The translations under genes and the position numbers were made by a program. From Candidatus Undinarchaeota archaeon (lineage in GTDB: Archaea > SpSt-1190 > JASMDC01): 64,000 nt of DNA. Under the pieces are notes generated by a model. That model was not told the origin of the DNA. It searched no databases and saw nothing but the letters and a program-made list of their open reading frames with translations. Location of the stretch: contig CAZFHY010000002.1 of the NCBI GenBank assembly GCA_964519305.1, positions 127,652-191,651 on the forward strand, in the 5' to 3' direction. Within the stretch, counting starts at the first letter, position 1. Each line of letters begins with the position of its first letter. Of the stretch, positions 18,602 through 27,130 are shown one piece after another.

Positions 18602-21600
18602 ACCGACAGTTTAACCCACGCGAATCCGACCCTTCGGCTGTTAGATGTCACTGCATAGGTAGCCGTGGCCGTCGTGGTCGAGGGATTGGCCTCGCGGGAC
18701 GGGAAAGGCGTACCCCCGTCCAGTGTCACCGGCCGCTCCATCTCCACTATGAACGGTGCAGCGCGTCGGCGGAAGAAGTCGTCGCTCTCCCTGAAGTCCT
18801 CCTTGAACACGCGAACGCTCCCAAGGAACGGGTACGCTTCGAACGCTTTAGGAGAATCGGATGTAGGTGCGATCGTGATGTTCGTGCCACCGCTGCCCTC
18901 CACGCGGAGGGAGTCCACGTACAGCGAGCGTGTCCCCGTCGCTATCGAATCCAGGTCCTCGATGGTAAGGAACACGTGCTTGAAGGGCTTCTCACCCCAC
19001 AGGTCCTCCAGATCGAAGCTCATCGTCGTCCAGTCAGGGATGTCCGTGTCACCCCATCGGGCGACCGTAAATCTACCAGTGCCATCGGGAAGCATGCCCA
19101 ACTGTAGACTGGAGCGACCACCATGGGCGGTGTAGGCACGCTTGGCCCTGATGAATAGCTTCGATCCGACGGTCGAGAACTGGTGCGGCATATCGAGTCT
19201 CAGGAGCACGTCCTCACCAGTGTTCTCCGTGGCATCAGCGGTGAGGCTCATGACTCCGTCGTTAGCAGCAAGATTGTTCGTAGTACCGGCAGCGGCGATA
19301 GTGACTCCGGAGGTGTCCGCGAACTCGTCGTGCCAGCGGTCCTGGGAGAAGGTGGCCTTCTTGGCGTTCCCGGAGAGGACCGCGTAGGTGACGGTGCATA
19401 CTCCGATGTTCCCGCACGGGAAGCCCCAGTCAGCGAACCATTCGTTATGGGTCGAGAAGTCCACCTCGTCTACGTCGAAAACGGGAGCGCCGTTCGCTTT
19501 CAAGGCCGTGAAGTTATAGATCGGGATGGAGATGGAGCCCGACATGGAGGGGAGGTCGCTATCCTTGTGCGGGATGAAGTACTTCGAGTAGAGGATATAG
19601 GGCGTATCATGGTATAGCTTGATGATATCTCGTGAGTTCATCGATGAGCTGTTCGTCGTCATGCGGAGCGAAGTGAACACAGGCCCGGTCTCATCGATGA
19701 CCGCGGTCCGGTCCCCGGAGTTGGAGAATACGTGGCGTGTGATGTTCATTTTCTCGTGGGCGACCCACAAGATGTCACAATCCTCGGAGGGTGTTTCGGT
19801 GCTACAGGGACCCAGGTGGATGTCGATAGGGGTGTTGTTCAGGGCGGCGACATTTGTGACGAAGTCCTCGTCGATGATGTTGTCACCATCCCCGTCGGTG
19901 TAGTCCTTGCAGTCCTCATATGTTACGCAACGAAGGGAAAGGCAATCGTAGCACTGCTTGTCCAAGATGACCTCAAGATCCGTATCATAACCCTGATCGG
20001 ATTCATCAGTGCCCACCGAGAATGAGAGATAGTACTCCTTGGCCTGTTGTGGTCGGAAGTCGTCCAGCCATGTGACCTGTACGCGAGGAGCATGCTCAGT
20101 GGCGGTTGTTTCGAGCGTGTACCAAGATGGATCTGCCACAGTGCCTGTGGAGACAGCGTCCTTGGGCAATGTAACCGAGTTCATGCCGTAGTATAAGTAG
20201 AACCGCCGTTGGAGCCGGTAGTTACCGGCAGAATTGATGAAGGGTATCTTTGGGAGGATGCTGACATAGGATGAGGGGTAGGGAGCGACAGCAATGCCCG
20301 TTTTCACCGAGTCGATGGCCTCTGTGGTGACACCGGCCGAGGTGGTGGATGATGACGAATCCCCCCGGACGATGCCCAATGTTGTCATCTGATCGAGTGT
20401 GAGCCCTGACTCCAACGAGATGAGGGATGCCGCATCATCATTGAAGAGCGGGCTATCCCAGGTCGAGCTCGCAGAGTTGTCCGAAGCGCACCGCGGTCCG
20501 CCTTCATCATCCCGACTCTGGGGTTTGTAGATCGTGATGAACGCATTTGGTATAGCATTGCGCCAAACACGATCAGCGGAATCGACGGCCTCGTCGCGGA
20601 TGGTCACGTTCAGTTCGAAGAGGTCGTAGATATCATTGACCTCGTGGACCTCATCGCCCACCATGGTGGATGTACAGAGGTAGAAGCTCCCCTCGGCGGT
20701 CTCGTAGATATCCTTGTTGAAGTAGTAGGTGTCGTCCAACTTGCTCTGATCGGGGCGGTCACCTCCACCGATGGGCTCCAAGGTGATGCAATTGTAGCCG
20801 AGGCAAGTGCCCGGGGCACCGGAGACGAACCCACGGAACTCGACCGACCGGTTCACACGCTCCGCGCGGATATGCCATCTGAACCGCCAAGCCCGCTCAA
20901 GGCGCACGGGCTGGAACCTGATTATCGAGATACCGGTACGTGCCCTGGACTCCACGTATGTTTCGGCGTCACGCCACGCGGCAAGCGTGAACGGGATCTC
21001 CACATAATCGGAGTCACGTGTCAATTGGATCTGTGAATTAGTGGTGTCCACCTTTCCGTTGACCGTAATTGCCCCGACGCTCTTACGCGGCGTGAGGTCC
21101 CCGTCCCCATTGTTGGGTGGATTGGTCGTCCAGTCCTCGATGATGCATTTGCCTGAGCCTGAATCGGCCTTCTGGACGTCAGCCGTGAAGCTCGGGCAGT
21201 CCGCGGCAGGGAGCTCGCCGTCGAGCGTGTTGAAATAGAGCCAGTGCGTGAGTATGGTCTCACGGTCCACGGCCGTGTCAAGTTTCCAGTCCACAGTGAT
21301 AATGCACGTATCGCATGTGCAGCCGCCAGGCAAGGACACGGAGTGATCAACGGGATCGCCCAATCGGTCCGTGACTATGAACGAGTTATGGTCGATGCCC
21401 TTATTACAGCTCATTCCCGTATGGTCGATGAGCTCATGGAGCTTGATGGTGATGCGGGCGTTATCGCTCACCTTGCTCGCGTCCTTCCCACGGGAGCGGA
21501 GCTTTATGCGGAATGACCAGCGCGGATCGAACCAATCCTCCATATAGAGCGCTAACGAGTTACGGTCCGGGTAGTCCAGGAATCCGTCGTCGTTGATGTC

Positions 21601-22218
21601 GGCGGGAGGTAGCTCCACCATGGGATTGCGACAGTTGAGGCCCTTTGCGATGTCATCGTAGTAGTCGGCCTGGTCAGCGGTGCACTGGGATAAGGGAACG
21701 CTCACGTCCCGGCGCCAAAGATGATGCCAGGTGAGTGTAAAAGGGATACGCATCCAGGGTCGGCTGGTCTGGAGGGGTGCTAGGACCTTACCATTCTCGT
21801 CCCTGAGCACGAAAGACCGTGTATCGGTGGCCAATGGAACGTCCACTGATACCTCGACCGGATCACGCCTACGTGGCAGGCCTGATGTTTCCGTGACGGT
21901 CATGGGCACCATGTAGGTGACGGACGATGCGAAGCTCTCGCGTTCAGGGAACACTCCCCTGAGAGTCGTGTCGAGGCTTGCATAGTCGGCGCAGAACACC
22001 ATGTCGCCCAGCAGACCACGCCTGTCCAGACCTGCGAGCACACCGATGATCTGTTCTCTCAGCTCGTCGAGTTGCGCTCGTTTCTTGTCCTCGTGAACTC
22101 GTAGTGGCGTGTCCAGCATCCGCGATGTATAGAAGAGAAGGAGCATGATCGCCAGTACGGCCTCCACCGAGTGCACGAATCCACGCTCGTCGTGCATCAG
22201 GGAGCGTCTACGTCTCAT
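18586..22218 (-). CDS. Giant type-IV minor-pilin-like surface protein A (1210 aa)
   Basis: Signal ERG/FVHSVEAVLAIMLLLFY; C-terminal FAWVKLSVWSY; SD GAGGTGA upstream; collinear with paralogue B. Confidence 0.75.
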   Translation of the reverse strand: MRRRRSLMHDERGFVHSVEAVLAIMLLLFYTSRMLDTPLRVHEDKKRAQLDELREQIIGVLAGLDRRGLLGDMVFCADYASLDTTLRGVFPERESFASSVTYMVPMTVTETSGLPRRRDPVEVSVDVPLATDTRSFVLRDENGKVLAPLQTSRPWMRIPFTLTWHHLWRRDVSVPLSQCTADQADYYDDIAKGLNCRNPMVELPPADINDDGFLDYPDRNSLALYMEDWFDPRWSFRIKLRSRGKDASKVSDNARITIKLHELIDHTGMSCNKGIDHNSFIVTDRLGDPVDHSVSLPGGCTCDTCIITVDWKLDTAVDRETILTHWLYFNTLDGELPAADCPSFTADVQKADSGSGKCIIEDWTTNPPNNGDGDLTPRKSVGAITVNGKVDTTNSQIQLTRDSDYVEIPFTLAAWRDAETYVESRARTGISIIRFQPVRLERAWRFRWHIRAERVNRSVEFRGFVSGAPGTCLGYNCITLEPIGGGDRPDQSKLDDTYYFNKDIYETAEGSFYLCTSTMVGDEVHEVNDIYDLFELNVTIRDEAVDSADRVWRNAIPNAFITIYKPQSRDDEGGPRCASDNSASSTWDSPLFNDDAASLISLESGLTLDQMTTLGIVRGDSSSSTTSAGVTTEAIDSVKTGIAVAPYPSSYVSILPKIPFINSAGNYRLQRRFYLYYGMNSVTLPKDAVSTGTVADPSWYTLETTATEHAPRVQVTWLDDFRPQQAKEYYLSFSVGTDESDQGYDTDLEVILDKQCYDCLSLRCVTYEDCKDYTDGDGDNIIDEDFVTNVAALNNTPIDIHLGPCSTETPSEDCDILWVAHEKMNITRHVFSNSGDRTAVIDETGPVFTSLRMTTNSSSMNSRDIIKLYHDTPYILYSKYFIPHKDSDLPSMSGSISIPIYNFTALKANGAPVFDVDEVDFSTHNEWFADWGFPCGNIGVCTVTYAVLSGNAKKATFSQDRWHDEFADTSGVTIAAAGTTNNLAANDGVMSLTADATENTGEDVLLRLDMPHQFSTVGSKLFIRAKRAYTAHGGRSSLQLGMLPDGTGRFTVARWGDTDIPDWTTMSFDLEDLWGEKPFKHVFLTIEDLDSIATGTRSLYVDSLRVEGSGGTNITIAPTSDSPKAFEAYPFLGSVRVFKEDFRESDDFFRRRAAPFIVEMERPVTLDGGTPFPSREANPSTTTATATYAVTSNSRRVGFAWVKLSVWSYM

Positions 22219-22951
22219 CAGCTCTCACCTCTCCGAACTCGAGCGACACATAGTCGTCGATCTCACCGCTACCTATGGCACAACCGGAGTTGCGGATGGC
22301 GTGGAGCACACCTGACACGATATTCCGTTCCTGATCGATCCCGTCGGAGCGGAAGGCGCGGAACAGCCCTGCCTCATAAGCGACCAGTGCCACCTCGGCC
22401 GACCGGATGATCTGGACGTTCTTTGTATAATCCAAGAACTGCTGAAGGGAGTGCTCGTTGACGTAAACCTTCGCCTTTGTCCGCCGTTCGATGATGCGCT
22501 CCAGTTCCAGCGGGTCCTCGATAAGGAACCTCGTCGTCTTCTCGTCGATGAGGAGTACGTTGGCATTCATGTGACGCGTCATCGCCACGGCCTCAGCTTC
22601 GCCGAGATGGAATATCTTGGCATAGCGCCCGCTCCTTCCTTTACGGGGTCTACCGATTGCGAAGATCGAGTTCCCCCAGGAGAGCAGCTGCTCAGCGTCC
22701 ACTGCCACGTTAGTCTTCAGCTCGGGGTCCTCCGGTATGACTATGTCACCCTGCTCCAAGGCCCGCACCACGCGGATGGCCTCGAACCTGTATCTCGTGG
22801 ACTTGAGCGGCTTGTCGATTAGCTCACGACGGACCGACGGTGGGATGATGAAATCCCCTCTCATCCGCTCACGCAGTGAAGGTAGGAGCCACAGCAGGCA
22901 ATTTGTGGCGAGAGAAATGATGCTCGATGCGTCGCATACGATGTCCGTCAT
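22208..22951 (-). CDS. PIN-domain protein
   Basis: IVCDASSII, IIPPSV..EL, HLGEAEAVA and LLIDE motifs. ATG 22951 overlaps the upstream stop (ATGA) and follows GGAGG. Confidence 0.85.
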   Translation of the reverse strand: MTDIVCDASSIISLATNCLLWLLPSLRERMRGDFIIPPSVRRELIDKPLKSTRYRFEAIRVVRALEQGDIVIPEDPELKTNVAVDAEQLLSWGNSIFAIGRPRKGRSGRYAKIFHLGEAEAVAMTRHMNANVLLIDEKTTRFLIEDPLELERIIERRTKAKVYVNEHSLQQFLDYTKNVQIIRSAEVALVAYEAGLFRAFRSDGIDQERNIVSGVLHAIRNSGCAIGSGEIDDYVSLEFGEVRADET

Positions 22952-23520
22952 CGTTCCTCCACCCTGAACACCTTTCGGGCCAGTTCGAGTCTGGACGTAA
23001 CGGAACGAGTTACCTTCTCCTCGTCCACGATCTTGGTCTTGCCCGCATAGTCCATGACCTCCCACATGCTCGCGCCGGTGAGCTTGGCACTCATGCCGAT
23101 GGAGAAGCCAATAGCATAGAGCGTGCTAGCCTTCTTGATCTTGGCCTTCTCGATCACCCAGTTGACGTGGTGGCCCACTTCAGCGTCCAGTTCTACCATA
23201 GCGTTGAACACGGTCCTGAATGACTCGCGCATACCCTTGATATCGCCGCTCTGCAGTCGCTCGGATGCACGGGCTAGGTTGTCCATTACCCGACCAAGGA
23301 AGGATGGCCAGCGACGTCCTTCACGGAAATACCGCTTCTGGAGGATCTTTGAGAGACTGTAGCTGATGATTGTAAGGCTGATCAGGTCCTGGTCATGGAT
23401 GCGTGATGCCTCGCGGACCAGCCTGCTCGAGAGATCGCGCATCAACTGGTCATCGTGTTTCGCGACACCGTCGATGAGCTTGCTTAGGTCTTTCTGGAGA
23501 CCTTCGTATCTCTTCCCGAT
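22948..23520 (-). CDS. Conserved helical protein with a C-terminal HTH, partner of the PIN gene; start uncertain (ATC 23520 or TTG 23445)
   Basis: C-terminal KASTLYAIGFSIGMSAKLTGASMWEVMDY is HTH-like. The frame stays open upstream of 23445. TATA at 23542-23549. Confidence 0.7.
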   Translation of the reverse strand: MGKRYEGLQKDLSKLIDGVAKHDDQLMRDLSSRLVREASRIHDQDLISLTIISYSLSKILQKRYFREGRRWPSFLGRVMDNLARASERLQSGDIKGMRESFRTVFNAMVELDAEVGHHVNWVIEKAKIKKASTLYAIGFSIGMSAKLTGASMWEVMDYAGKTKIVDEEKVTRSVTSRLELARKVFRVEER

Positions 23521-23563
23521 GAAGAAGTTGAGAGTCCTATCATTTATATGGGTATCCCGTTTG

Positions 23564-23941
23564 CTAGAGCCGGGCCCTATAGGCCCGGTCCGCTTCGCGC
23601 ATCAGCATCACGAATGTACCGAGCAGGAGAAGGAGCACACCCCACTCGCGCGTACCCATCCTTCCCTTGAAGAGTGTGTTGAGAGCAGAGAACGCCATCC
23701 AGTAGAGGGCGAGCCAGAGCAGCGCAACGATGTGGAGGGGGGATATCCCCTCCGGGCGGGTATCGATACCGAAGAACCGGGCAGCGTCACGCATCAGCCA
23801 GATGAGGAGACCGGTCCCGAGGGCGAACCTCACGAGGTTCGATGGGAGGGGGGAGATCAGGGGGTAGGCGGAGAGCACCAGCACGAGCCACACGAGGTGG
23901 TCCCGGTTCGGGCTCGCCACGATATTCGACCCTTCATGCAT
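23564..23941 (-). CDS. Small hypothetical membrane protein (~4 TM)
   Basis: Four hydrophobic segments; overlaps the tfs stop. Confidence 0.65.
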   Translation of the reverse strand: MHEGSNIVASPNRDHLVWLVLVLSAYPLISPLPSNLVRFALGTGLLIWLMRDAARFFGIDTRPEGISPLHIVALLWLALYWMAFSALNTLFKGRMGTREWGVLLLLLGTFVMLMREADRAYRARL

Positions 23942-24287
23942 ACTCGCGCCAGGTGTGTCGGCACTTGGTACAGCGGAAGAACCGCGTCGAAGGTTCGTCC
24001 ACGCCCCGCGTCTGAACGAGCCACCATAGCGCGCGTTTGTTCCCGCACTTAGGGCATTCGGCCTCGATGCTGGCCATGTTCTTCATGGCCTCTTCCTCAT
24101 CTATGATCGCGACGTCCTCCTTCTTCGACACCTTCTTCTTCGTCTTCTTCTTCGTTTGGATCGTGAAGTCCTTCTTATCGGAGCCGACGGTGGCACCACA
24201 CTTGGTACACTCCATCACGACCGTTCCATCCTCCAGTCTTTTAGGCAGCATCATGCCGCTACAGTCCTTACAGAATTCCATGATCAT
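23934..24287 (-). CDS. tfs: Transcription elongation factor S (TFS)
   Basis: Two Zn ribbons (FCKDC...CTKC and CPKC...CTKC) and the acidic hairpin QTRGVDEP. Confidence 0.95.
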   Translation of the reverse strand: MIMEFCKDCSGMMLPKRLEDGTVVMECTKCGATVGSDKKDFTIQTKKKTKKKVSKKEDVAIIDEEEAMKNMASIEAECPKCGNKRALWWLVQTRGVDEPSTRFFRCTKCRHTWREYA

Positions 24288-24296
24288 TCTCTCCTT

Positions 24297-25298
24297 TCAC
24301 ACCCTTCCTTTACACTCGCCCTCCATTATGCAGGCAACGACACTGCAACTGGACTTGAGTAGGCATACTGGTGCTGCTTTTATAAGCCCGAGCTTAGGGA
24401 TGCGTAACACAGCCCTCCCCTCGAGCATGTCGGGGGTCACCGCCCATCTGTCAGGGCCCGCGTTATGGTCCCCACGGGTGGCTAGGGCACGCACCTTCGT
24501 ACATGGGACCTCACCCTTGTTGGCGCAAGCGACGCCAACGGCCCGGTGCACGATGGGCATCGGAACACGGCTGTGATAGTACACGATTACGTCCCCCACG
24601 CGGATGCCCTCCGCTTTGGTCCCCACGACGAGCAGCACGTCACCACCAGTGAATCCGTTGGAGATGGGGAAATCGTTCTCCTTCACCCATGCGGCATATT
24701 CCTCGTTAGTATTATCATGCTTCATGCTGTTCGATACGACCGCAACGATCGGTGTGCTCGTGGCGAGCGTAGCGTGGAGCACGAAAAGGATGGCCTTGGC
24801 GAGCACGATGGCATACACAAGGCACATGCTCGTTTCGCTGATATGCTCCTCGGGATCGATGAACTCCGTCCAAACGAACACGACGAGGGTCAAAAGACCC
24901 GTGGCGAACAGAGAGTTGAGTCCAGGGATCTCAGTGAAGATGAAGAGTAGGAGTATGAAGGTGAGAAGGTAGTGGCCGACGACATCTTCCTTGCGGATGA
25001 CTATGCACACTCCAACACCGAGCACGAGCGAGATAGCCAGTACCTGCAGCATTGGTGGGCTTGGGGTAATGAACGAGTTCGCCATCTGGGTGAATACATA
25101 GACGAGGAGAAGGAGGATAAGCAAGAGCTCGGCCGCGTCCCTCCGGTCCGCCGGGACGAATCCCGAGTCAATGGTGGACCTATCTCTTTTCTTTTCCGGT
25201 GAACTTTTAGGGACTTCTTGTGTTTTCTTCTTCTTCGGAGCCGACGAAGAACGATCATCTCGTTTCTTTTTTTTCGCGCCAGCTCGCTTCCGCGCCAT
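24297..25298 (-). CDS. sec11: Signal peptidase I (Sec11 type) with an extended Lys-rich and multi-TM N-terminus
   Basis: VVSNSM (Ser), GDVIVY, PIVHR (His) and TRGDHN..D motifs. Confidence 0.88.
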   Translation of the reverse strand: MARKRAGAKKKKRDDRSSSAPKKKKTQEVPKSSPEKKRDRSTIDSGFVPADRRDAAELLLILLLLVYVFTQMANSFITPSPPMLQVLAISLVLGVGVCIVIRKEDVVGHYLLTFILLLFIFTEIPGLNSLFATGLLTLVVFVWTEFIDPEEHISETSMCLVYAIVLAKAILFVLHATLATSTPIVAVVSNSMKHDNTNEEYAAWVKENDFPISNGFTGGDVLLVVGTKAEGIRVGDVIVYYHSRVPMPIVHRAVGVACANKGEVPCTKVRALATRGDHNAGPDRWAVTPDMLEGRAVLRIPKLGLIKAAPVCLLKSSCSVVACIMEGECKGRV

Positions 25299-25331
25299 CA
25301 GACGTTGTCCCTCGTAGTTATCATGACCATC

Positions 25332-26606
25332 TCACCAAACGACCAGCGTCATTCGCGCAATGGCCTTCTCCCCGGATGGATATTTAATCGTGATGTAGCG
25401 TTCGACGCTGGCCGATGCCGTCCCCTTGGGCGGTGGGATACCGCGTTCGATTATGAGGAACGATCCCTCTACGCTCACCTGGAACGGTGCTACGTACGGT
25501 GTGATCGAGTTGCCTCCCGCGTCCCGAGAGATTATCGTGATGTTGCCGTGATAGGTTCCCGGTTCGTTCATGAAGAACGTGGTAGAGAAGACAGCAGTAT
25601 CGCCTTTACGGAGGAAAGCGAAGTGGTCTGGATTGAGCTCGATATCGGCCTGGTACCTATTGACCGCCCTGGTCTCGGGTTCCCCCTCCGGCCGTATTAC
25701 CGTGTGCACCCGGGGTTTGAGACGGATACCTCGCATATCTGATGGAGCGGTGAGCTCTAGATTGAGGCTGCAAGTGTTTCCTCGTATCGGATAGATCGAG
25801 CAGTTGATAAGAGGTGGGAACAGGATGGCCGTGCGGGCAGGTTCATCGCCGATGACGTTCATGTCGATGGCCCGATAGCCCATCGCCTCGGTCGAGTTGA
25901 GCAGCGCCAGTATCGTGTAGGTTCCTGGTGCATCGTAATCCTCGAAGGCGTACTCCACCTCGCAGAGCCTGCGAGTTTCATGCTTCGCTTCCAGCTGGAC
26001 CACGGCCCGACCTTCCTTGAGAACGAAGGGTATGCAATTGAGATCGACGTCGCTCCGGTTGACGTAGAAGATTGCAGTGATGTTGGACCGCGTCTTGTTG
26101 ATGTTCGCACAAATGGGCATGTAGGAGTAGCAATGGAGGTAACCGTCTTGGGGAGAACCTGCGATAGCGTTGATCGAGAGAGTTGGTACCCTCTCGATGC
26201 GTAAGTGGAACGTCTTGTTGGGCATGTTCATGGCCCGGACCATCTTTGTATAGTTACGGGCAGACTTGATGGCCTCGTCGTACAGGCCGGAGAACTCGTG
26301 CAACTTCTCTATGCTCAGGACAGGTTCATCGGCGTCGGAGAACCCGATTCGGAGGTAATTATTCTTCCCCCAATGATCACAGTTCTTATTGGCGACGCAG
26401 TCGCACTCCTCGTCACAGCCCGCATCGTTCGTGAGCTGCCACACAAGTTGCTGAGCAGCGATACGGAGTGTCTCCTCGTAGGAGAAGGCCAGATAGCGGT
26501 TCACCGATTGGGTGTACTGCATGATGGTGATGCTGAATATCATGGCGAAGAGAAGGAGGCTGACCATGAATTCGAGGTTGAGCTGGCCGCGGGACCGCAC
26601 CGTCAC
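25332..26606 (-). CDS. Type-IV minor-pilin-like protein with a class III signal peptide
   Basis: RSRG/QLNLEFMVSLLLFAMIF with Glu at +5; C-terminal SVERYI...ARMTLVVW. GTG 26606 lies ~24 nt from the TATA at 26630-26635. Confidence 0.8.
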   Translation of the reverse strand: MTVRSRGQLNLEFMVSLLLFAMIFSITIMQYTQSVNRYLAFSYEETLRIAAQQLVWQLTNDAGCDEECDCVANKNCDHWGKNNYLRIGFSDADEPVLSIEKLHEFSGLYDEAIKSARNYTKMVRAMNMPNKTFHLRIERVPTLSINAIAGSPQDGYLHCYSYMPICANINKTRSNITAIFYVNRSDVDLNCIPFVLKEGRAVVQLEAKHETRRLCEVEYAFEDYDAPGTYTILALLNSTEAMGYRAIDMNVIGDEPARTAILFPPLINCSIYPIRGNTCSLNLELTAPSDMRGIRLKPRVHTVIRPEGEPETRAVNRYQADIELNPDHFAFLRKGDTAVFSTTFFMNEPGTYHGNITIISRDAGGNSITPYVAPFQVSVEGSFLIIERGIPPPKGTASASVERYITIKYPSGEKAIARMTLVVW

Positions 26607-26704
26607 TCCGAAAGATGCCCGAGCCACGCTTATATCCTTTTCTGCGGAACGGCCGGCGGCTATCCCAAAATCCTTTTAACTGATTACGGTCAAAACCAAA
26701 ACGG

Positions 26705-27010
26705 ATGATACCCACCTTCGTGCTGCAGTATGGCGGTCAGTACGGTAACTACGCCCAGCAGGGCTATGGCCAGTATGGTGCCTACGGCCAGCAGCAGTAC
26801 GGAGCGTACGGCCAGCAAGGAGCATATGGCCAGGGAGGGGGTGCCGGCGGAGCTGCTGCCGGTGGTGGCCAGGGGGGTGTCGGTCCACTCGGGCTCGTAG
26901 GAGCAGTAGTGGCCCTGATAGTCATCATCATCGCCCTCAAGCACATCCTTGGCGAGGATACGTTCTGCCCGATGTTCATCATCGAGAGCCTGTGCTACAA
27001 GCTACCTTAA
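26705..27010 (+). CDS. Small membrane protein with a G/Q/Y-rich low-complexity N-terminus
   Basis: YGQ/YGAYGQQ repeats, then a G/A linker and one TM helix. TTTTAA lies ~25 nt upstream. Confidence 0.75.
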   Translation: MIPTFVLQYGGQYGNYAQQGYGQYGAYGQQQYGAYGQQGAYGQGGGAGGAAAGGGQGGVGPLGLVGAVVALIVIIIALKHILGEDTFCPMFIIESLCYKLP

Positions 27011-27130
27011 TGGTATGCTTGGGATCCGGGATTGTTGGCCTGACCAGAACTCCTTGGTGTGTATTAATACCAGTAAATTAAAGGGTCAGTTGAGAGTAAG
27101 TACTGAACACGATGAACCCTCTCCCATATA

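Noticed and set aside
14924-22218. Paralogous segments as diversity-generating retroelement TR/VR or a recent duplication
   Set aside because: Similarity is at protein level with only short DNA matches. There is no adenine-specific mismatch pattern and no reverse transcriptase.
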